The notes beneath the pieces are model-generated. The model saw nothing but the letters and a program-made list of their open reading frames with translations, was not told the DNA's origin and did no database searches. The translations under genes were made by a program, and so were the position numbers. A DNA stretch of 64,000 nucleotides from the human T2T-CHM13v2.0 reference genome, Homo sapiens, in the NCBI RefSeq assembly GCF_009914755.1, contig NC_060929.1. One strand, 5' to 3'. Below are positions 54,811-64,000 of the stretch, piece after piece. Numbering within the stretch: the stretch's first letter is position 1; each line of letters opens with the position of its first letter.

Positions 54811-55311
54811 CTACTTCCTCTCTCGCCTGTTATACAGTAAGAGCCAATATGACAGAAGTCATGTCTGATTTGTCCACAATACCAGAGACAAAATGAATAA
54901 TTTTTAGTGACTCATAGACTGAATGATAAATTGACTCCATCTGACTCTCAGTGATGATTATTTTTTTTCTCTACATACTCCCATCTTTCCATTAGCAGTT
55001 ATTTTTCTAGAAAAATGTCCATGATCAATGTCAAAGTCACCACTACTGTGTGGAGACAGTCTCTGATACCTCCAGCCTCACTCTTCCTCACTAACATCAC
55101 ACTCAGAAGGAGATCTAGATGCTGGTAAAATGGCTGACCCAGCAGGGCTCATGGAGGACAGCATTCTTTCCAAAGGCAATCTAAGCAAGGCTGAGCCAGA
55201 CACAGACAAAGTTACCTAGGAAGAGACAGAGGTTGAGTGGTCCAGGGGTTTGTTTCAGTCTTTTGAATTCCAGGCTCCAGCATCTCTAATATGGTCGCAG
55301 TGGTATCCAAA

Positions 55312-58276
55312 AGAAAAATACCTTCAAAAAATCAATGAATCCAGGAGCTGGTTTTTTGAAAAGATGAACAAAACAGACCGCTGGCAAGACTAATAAAGAA
55401 GAAAAGAGAGAACAATGAAATAGACGCAATAACAAATGATATAGGGGATATCAGCACTGATCACACAGAAATACAAACTACCATCAGATAATACTATAAA
55501 CACAAATAAACTAGGAAATCTAGAAGAAATGGCTAAATTCCTGGACACATACACCCTCCCAAGTCTAAACCAGGAAGAAGTTGAATCCCTGAATAGATCA
55601 ATAACAAGTTCTGAAATTGAGGCAGTAATTAATAGCCTACCAACTAAAAAAGTCCCGGACCAGATGGATTCACAGCCAAATTCTGCCAGAGGTACAAAGA
55701 GGAGCTGGTACCATTCCTTCTGAAACTGTTCCAATCAATAGAAAAACAGGGACTCCTCCGTAACTCATTTTATGAGGCCAGCATCATCCTGATACCAAAA
55801 CCTAGCAGAGACACAACAAAAAAAGAAAATTTCAGGCCAATATCCCTGAGGAACATCGATGCGAAAATCCTCAATAAAATACTGGCAAACCGAATCCAGC
55901 AGCACATCAAAAAGCTTATCCACCACGATCAAGTCGGCTTCATCCCTGAGATGCAAGGCTGGTTCAACATACTCAAATCAATAAACCTAATCTATCACAT
56001 AAATGGAACCAATCACAAAAACCACATGATTTTCTCAATAGATGCAGAAAAGGCCTTTGACAAAATTCAATACCCCTTCATGCTAAAAACTCTCAATAAA
56101 CTGGGTATCGATGGAACGTATCTCAGAATAATAAGAGCTATTTATGATAAACCCACAGCCAATATCATACTGAATGGGCAAAAACTGGAAGCATTCACTT
56201 TGAAAACCAGCACAAGGCAAGGATGCCTTCTCTCACCACTCCTATTCAACACAGTATTGGAAGTTCTGGCCAGGGCGATCAGGCAAGAAAAAAAATAAAG
56301 GGTATTCAAATAGGAAAAGAGGGAGTCAAATTGTCTCTGCTTGCAGATGACATGATTGTATATCTAGAAAATCCCATCATCTCAGCCCAAAGTCTCCTTA
56401 AGCTGATAAGCAGCTTCAGCAAAGTCTCAGGATACAAAATCAATGTGCAAAAATCACAAGCATTCCTATACATCAATAATAGACAGAGCCAAATCATGAG
56501 TGAATTCCCATTCACAATTGCTACAAAGAGAATAAAATACCTAGGAATCCAACTTACAAGGGATGTGAAGGACCTCTTCAAGGAGAACTACAAACCACTG
56601 CTCAAGGAAATAAGAGAGGACACAAACAAATGGAAAAACATTCCATGCTCATGGATAGGAAGAATCAATATTGTGAAATTGGCCATACTGCCCAAAGTAA
56701 TTTATAGATTCAGTGCTATTGCCATCAAGCTACCACTGACTTTCTTCACAGAATTGGAAAAAACTACTTTAAACTTCATATGGAACCAAAAAAGAGCCCG
56801 CATAGCCAAGACAATCCTGGGCAAGAAGAACAAAGCTGGAGGCATCACAGTACCTGACTTCAAACTATACTACAAGGCTACAGTAACCAAAACAGCCTGG
56901 CACTGGTACCAAAACAGATATATAGACCAATGGAACAGAACAGAGGCCTCAGAAATAACACCACACGTCTACAACCATTTGATCTTTGACAAACCTGACA
57001 CAAAAAAGCAATGGGGAAAAGATTCCCTATTTAATAAATGTTGTTGGGAAAACTGGCTAGCCATATGCAGAAAACTGAAACTGGACCCCTTCCTTACACC
57101 TTATACAAAAATCAAATCAAGATGGATTAAAGACTTAAATGTAAGACCTGGGGCCATAAAAATCCTAGAAGAAAACCTGGGCAATACCATTCAGGACATA
57201 GGCAGGAGCGAAGACTTCATTCATGTCTAAAACACCGAAAGCAATAGCAACAAAAGCCAAAATTGACAAATGGGGTCTAATCAAACTAAAGAGCTTCTGC
57301 ACAGCAAAAGAAACTATCAGCAGAGTGAACAGGCAACCTACAGAATGTGAGAAAAATTTTGCAATCTATCCATCTCACAAAGGGCTAATATCCAGAATCT
57401 ACAAAGAACTCAAACAAATTTACAAGAAAAAAACAAACAGCCCCATCAAAAAGTGGGCAAAGGATATGGACACACTTCTCATAAGAAGACATTTATGCAG
57501 CCAACAGATGTATGAAAAAATGCTCGTCATCACTGGTCACTAGAGAAATGCAAATCAAAACCACAATGAGATACCATCTCACACCAGTTGGAATGGCGAT
57601 CATTAAAAAGTCAGGAAACAACAGATGCTGGAGAGGATGTGGAGAAATAGGAACACTTTTACACTGTTGGTGGGAGTGTAAATTAGGTCAACCATTGTGG
57701 AAGACAGTGTGGCGATTCCTCAAGGATCTAGAACTAGAAATACCATTTGACCCAGCAATCCCATTACTGGGTATATACCCAAAGGATTATAAATCATTCT
57801 ACTATAAAGACATATGCACATGTATGTTTATTGTGGCACTACTCACAATAGCAAAGACTTGGAATCAACTCAAATGTCCATCAATGATAGACTGGATAAA
57901 GAAAATGTGGCACATATACATCATGGAATTCTATGCAGCCGTAAAAAAGGATGAGTTCATGTCCTTTGCAGGGACATGGATAAAGCTGGAAACCACCATT
58001 CTCAGCACACTATCGCAAAAACGGAGAGCCAAAAACTGCATGTTCTCACTCATAAATGGGAGGTGAACAATGAGAACACATGGACATAGGGAGGGGAACA
58101 TCACACACTGGAGCCTGTTGCGGGGTGGGGGGCTGGAGGAGGGATAGCATTAGGAGAAATACCTAATGTAGGTGACGGGTTGATGGGTGCAGCAAACCAC
58201 CATGGCACGTGTATAGCTATGTAACAAACCTACAGTTTCTGCACATGTACCCCAGAACTTAAAGTATATAAAAAAA
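55312..58276 (+). mobile_element. 5'-truncated L1PA7/8 (~3 kb)
   Basis: Starts within ORF2 (CCTTCAAAAAATCAATGAATCC). The 3' UTR reads GGAGAAATACCTAATGTAGGTGACGGGTTGATGGGTGCAGCAAACCACCATGGC...AGAACTTAAAGTAT. Confidence 0.96.
55321..58066 (+). pseudogene. Frameshifted L1 ORF2 (RT and C-terminal domain)
   Basis: ORFs 55529, 55951, 56223, 57223 and 57512 are consecutive ORF2p pieces: [33 protein letters not shown] (FADD altered) and [18 protein letters not shown]. Lacks the endonuclease domain. Confidence 0.95.
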
Positions 58277-58566
58277 GAAATATCAAACAATTAAGAAAAG
58301 TTATGTGTGTAATAAAGGTATGAAATATTAAAAAAAAAAGAAAGTCTATTTTTTAAAAATCTTCTAGTTGTCTAATCTGAGTATGGAGAAGAAAGCAGAA
58401 TGTGTGCTTCTTCTGAGAGGCATCAAATGTGATCCGGGGCTTCTGTGCAAGGGTCAGGTGGAAACTGCTTCTCAGAAACAATTAATAGCCTAGGACAAAA
58501 CCGGTAGCACTGAAAATGGAAGCTCACAGCAGGAAAGACTTCCTCAAGTTTAGAAGAGTGACTTAC

Positions 58567-59017
58567 TGTGATGGCCATGAAAATGGACTCAGGTGTCCTG
58601 CTAGGGGAGCATAGTTGGAGACTCAGGTCTCCTGCTAGGGGAGCATAGTTGGCCGACGGCCCCACTGCTCCCGCTCTGGACCCACTTGCACACTCATGCC
58701 AAGGCCCTGAGCTGCTCCCCAGCTACCACAGCAAGCGTACTAAGGCAGGTTCATTCCAGTGAGATGCAGGGCTCCTCCAAGGGGAATTTTGTCTCACGTA
58801 CTCCCTATAGACCTGCTTAAATCTTTCTTGAAATTTTAGTATAGTCTGAGATTCTTCTTACCCCATCTTCCTTCCTTCCTTCTCTCCTTCTACTGGTGTT
58901 AGACTTGTATTGCAATCCGAAAGCTCTCCTTGTCTTTCCTGCTCTCTTCTCCAAGAAATTTCTTGCACATCTAATTCCATCTTGGCATTTACTTCTTGAC
59001 AAGCCTGAACTAATGCA
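58567..59017 (+). mobile_element. LTR16A-like solo LTR
   Basis: TGTGATGGCCATG...GGGGAGCATAGTTGGCCGACGGCCCC...TTTCTTGCACATCTAATTCCATCTTGGCATTTACTTC...CCTGAACTAATGCA. Confidence 0.85.
58586..58653. repeat. 34-bp tandem duplication inside the LTR
   Basis: GACTCAGGT(G/C)TCCTGCTAGGGGAGCATAGTTGG(A/C) x2. Confidence 0.92.
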
Positions 59018-59477
59018 CGTAGCATTTCTTTTGGTCCAATCAGCTGAGTGCTGTTGTTGCTACAAAAGCAAAACAGATTACACAGAGAGATTGACTGTCT
59101 CTTTCAGGGTGAGGCAAGAAGAAAAAGATTAAGTATATTTCTAATGTCCTAGAGAAGGCAAGAGTGAGAGTCTTTTTTTTTTCATTGACCAATCATAAAA
59201 TAATTGTTTCTCCTATAACTGATTTGTTAGACAGGGACATAATACTGTATTAGGAGTTGACAAACTTTGTTAGCCATTTGGCATGCTGAAAAGACAGGAA
59301 AAAAGGGGGGCAGCATCAATGTTGATGTTGGAACCTCCTTAAACCTGAATGTAGCACTTTGTCTTCAGCTCTGCAAAGAAGTCACAGATATAGACGAGCT
59401 GTGAGCGGTCCATAAGGGAGAGGTAAAGGCTAGTATTTTACTAGCCTCAGCAGTTTCCCTGTCTACTCTTGTATCAC

Positions 59478-59610
59478 TTATCCATCAACAAGATGTGCAC
59501 TCCACAAGATCAGCTGTTTGCATCTCTCTGGTTCACTACCTTACCCCAATTGCGTTTCAAGTGCATGGTGCATGTTAGGTGTGCTCAAGAAAGATTTGCT
59601 AAATAAACAT
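59478..59610 (+). mobile_element. L2 3' end
   Basis: CAAGATGTGCACTCCACAAGA...TGGTTCACT...GTGCATGGTGCATGTTAGGTGTGCTCAAGAAAGATTTGCTAAAT. Confidence 0.65.
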
Positions 59611-60021
59611 AAGCCTGTATGTACCAGCACCCTTTCTTTTGTTCAGGGCAATGGTTTCTGCTATCTATGGAAGTTGGATGGGTGAAGGCAGGGAGCAGAG
59701 TGGGACAGGGTATTTTCACCTTGCAATTTCCATAACTGAGAAGTAAATGACCAGTAGCAGGCTGTCATTGGGTCTCTCTATGACTGCCAATACTCAAAAG
59801 TGATTCTGCTCAGGAATTAAAAAGGGGCCAGGGTCCTTCTGCATTATCTTGCCCAGATCCCCTCTCAGGGTTGGAAAATGACTTCTTTACAAGTTATGAA
59901 TGAATTCTTCTACTCCATTCTTCCCAGAACACCAGCCCACTACACACATATACACACACATGATGACAAGAGAAGAGTATGCAATACTGTTACAAAGGGT
60001 TGAGGGGATGTTCCAAAGCAT

Positions 60022-61280
60022 TACTTATTAGTTGGGATTTATTTCAATTCTGAAAAACAAAATACCCTCAAAGTATATTAACTTAAACAAGAAAGAGTTT
60101 ACTGAAGTTCAAGTAGATAGCCCAGTGCTGGTAAGGTGTCATTCCATGGTGTCAGGAACTCAAGCTGCTTCTAATTTGTTGTCCTGCAATACATGGCTTT
60201 CCCAAGTTTACCTTATAATGAAAGATCACTCCAGCTCCAGCCACCATAACTACCTTCCAGAAAGAAGAGAATGGAAAAAGAAGGGAACACCTCCTTCCTT
60301 TAAGGATAATTTCCAGAGCTGCACCATCATGTTTACTAATATCCTACTGGCCAGAGTTTTTTCAAATGGCCACAACTAATTGCCAGGTAGACTGGAAAAA
60401 CTGTAGTTTGTATTCTGGGCAACGAGGTGCCCAGTGAAAAAGAGGACAAATATTGGGACCACTAGCAGTTTCTAGCACTTTGGCTTTTTGGCTAAAATAT
60501 ATACCTGAGATAATACTCTCTCCACAAGGAGTTACCACAGCCTGCCCAAAGTCCAGGATCACTTGCAGTTCTCTGCATTGAATTGGATGTGACTACCTGT
60601 GGTCTGGTACTGTAAAGTTATCTGCTACACACATTCCAAATGTGTAATGATGGAGTAGGAATAGAAAAACACAATAAGACTCTCACTTGGAAAAGAGGAG
60701 AATAGAGAATGGAAAACACAATGCAGTCACTCGTTCATCACAATTCTTCAATCCCACCAGAAAAATATGGCATTCTTGAGGGACCCTTGTTTTTCATAGA
60801 CCTAGGGGTTACAGAGTCACATGGTTCAGCAGGCCAGGCATTTGATTTATTTGACAATACAACTCTCTCAAAAACATAGTAGGCTTCTGATCTACTTTCT
60901 TCTGGTCAGTTCTATGCTTAAGTTATAACAATCTAAGATTTTATTAGTTGTGTTTTTAAGACTGAGCACTCTTTTCTTTTCTTACTGCTCTCTGTATTCT
61001 GCCCCCCGCCAGACCCACCTTAATGGCAACTGTCCTGAGCCTAGGTGAACCAATAAGCTGTTGGCAAAGAAAACACTCCTAATCTAATCTTACACCCTTA
61101 ATTTAATCTGTGCTGCTAGACTGGCTCTTACTGTCTAGCAGAACACTCTTAACAGAAAGTGACTGAAAAAGCTATATGAGCCTTATCTCCTTCTAAGGCT
61201 GTTACTCAAATTCACAATTTCTAACTCCTTCAATTTGGGGTGCAGAGACAGCTAACATCAAACATGCAAGGACCTAAATT
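60022..61280 (-). mobile_element. MLT1J-like LTR (60022-60478) plus adjacent MaLR internal sequence
   Basis: LTR: AACTTAAACAAGAAAGAGTTT...CTCCAGCTCCAGCCA...CTACTGGCCAGA...GGTGCCCAG. Internal: CCAAAGTCCAGGATC...AAAGTTATCTGC...AAGAGGAGAATAGAG...GCAGTCACT. Confidence 0.65.
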
Positions 61281-61982
61281 GCATCAACTTAATTGCAGGT
61301 AACAGGCAGAGTGCCTCCCCTAGCTAATCTCACTAAGGGTACGTATGTGTTCTGCAGAGAGCTGTGGGTATCCCTGCTGCACAGTTCCCTGACTTGGGGA
61401 ATCTAGCTGTGGCTCCATCTCTTAACAGCCATAAGCAGTATACCCCAATGCCTCTTGCTGCTAGGGTTCCCTTTGCCTAGCAGGCAAGTGCCTTAGAGGT
61501 TTACCAGGGAGCTGGCTAATGCCCAGCCACCCTCCTCAGCCAGATGAGCCAGTGTCAGGCTGCTCCAGCCACCCTTCCTTCTGCCTGTCCACTTCACCTG
61601 GATTCTCTTCTCCCTAGCAGATCAGCAAGTCCTGTCTAGGCAGATGTGTCAGCTGGGGCAAGGAATATCACACTTTCTTTCTCTCTGGTGCCTCCAGCCT
61701 CACAAGTGAGCTTCTGCAGCTGCCTCAGCACCCTCATTTGGCTTTGCTGGGGAAATAAAAAGTCATTCACCAGGAAAACAGTACTCCTGAAGATTCTGAC
61801 CACTCATCCTTCCTCGTTGTCTGCTTATGAAGACAACAGACTTGTAGTTGGGCATCGGAAATTTCTGTGGTAGATTCCATTCTGCAAACACTTAGTAAAC
61901 TCTGAAAGAGCTACCTCTTCACATTGTGGTGTACTTAAGGCCTCTTTGTCTTCAGCCTTTGGCCTTAGTTCAAAAGTCAGGG

Positions 61983-63511
<1,529 letters not shown>

Positions 63512-64000
63512 GTCAAGCAATAGGAAGAATCCCTTTCAACTTCCCAGTTACAGGTGGAAGCAATTTGGTATGAGTGGGTTAGATTTTATCCAAAAAATTG
63601 ACTATAGCTTCCAAACTAGAAGCAGTTTTTAGTACATGTTTTAATGCATTTACTAACTTTTTTCTGAAAGTGATGCACCTACAAGAGCATATCTTATGTA
63701 TAGGCACATGAGTTGTGCCACTTAAAACAGCATTCCTCATTTCCAACTGCTTTGAGTGGACAGATGTACACACTTTGTTTTTTCTAAGCTATGCACAAAC
63801 TTAAGGGCTTGCATGCACCATACATACACACTAATCTTCCTCTTTTCTTTCTTTCACAATAGTTCCTATAATCTCAAATCGGTACCTATTCAAAATTGGC
63901 CAAAAAGCCTGATAAATCTCAGGATATTGCAATCTGTGGGTGAGTCTCCAAGATGTCCACAGCATCCAAATGAAAATCAGAGTTGTGATAGAAGAATGGC

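Noticed and set aside
56223-57230. 335-aa ORF as a functional gene
   Set aside because: It is a frameshift-bounded piece of L1 ORF2 in a 5'-truncated element lacking promoter, ORF1 and endonuclease.

Overview
This is primate, human-like genomic DNA (AluY/S/J, L1PA/PB/MA/MB/MD/ME, L2, L3, MIR, ERVL/MaLR LTRs, hAT and mariner MITEs). By eye, roughly 45% of it is interspersed repeat. I find no supportable host protein-coding exon, RNA gene or CRISPR-like array. The only ORFs with recognisable homology are decayed L1 ORF2 (55.3-58.1 kb) and ERV-L gag/pro/pol/dUTPase relics (0.6-3.6 kb). The window looks intergenic or deep-intronic. It has several candidate cis-regulatory modules: an AP-1 triplet plus TATA/UPRE/RFX at ~17.0-17.7 kb, a CTCF site with upstream motif at 21.55 kb, kB sites at 23.6 kb and 40.4 kb, and splice/polyA signals suggesting a + strand lncRNA. 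The most unusual structures are retrotransposition oddities: an Alu apparently split into two half-insertions each with its own TSD (35.05-35.40 kb), an ancient twin-primed 5'-inverted L1M (27.6-31.1 kb), a probable L1 3' transduction (58.28-58.34 kb), and a MADE1 hairpin extended by a palindromic target site (miR-548-like). I see no evidence for a new multi-gene biological system. Repeat subfamily names come from recalled consensus sequences, not a search, and boundaries of old repeats are approximate. I could not identify the locus.
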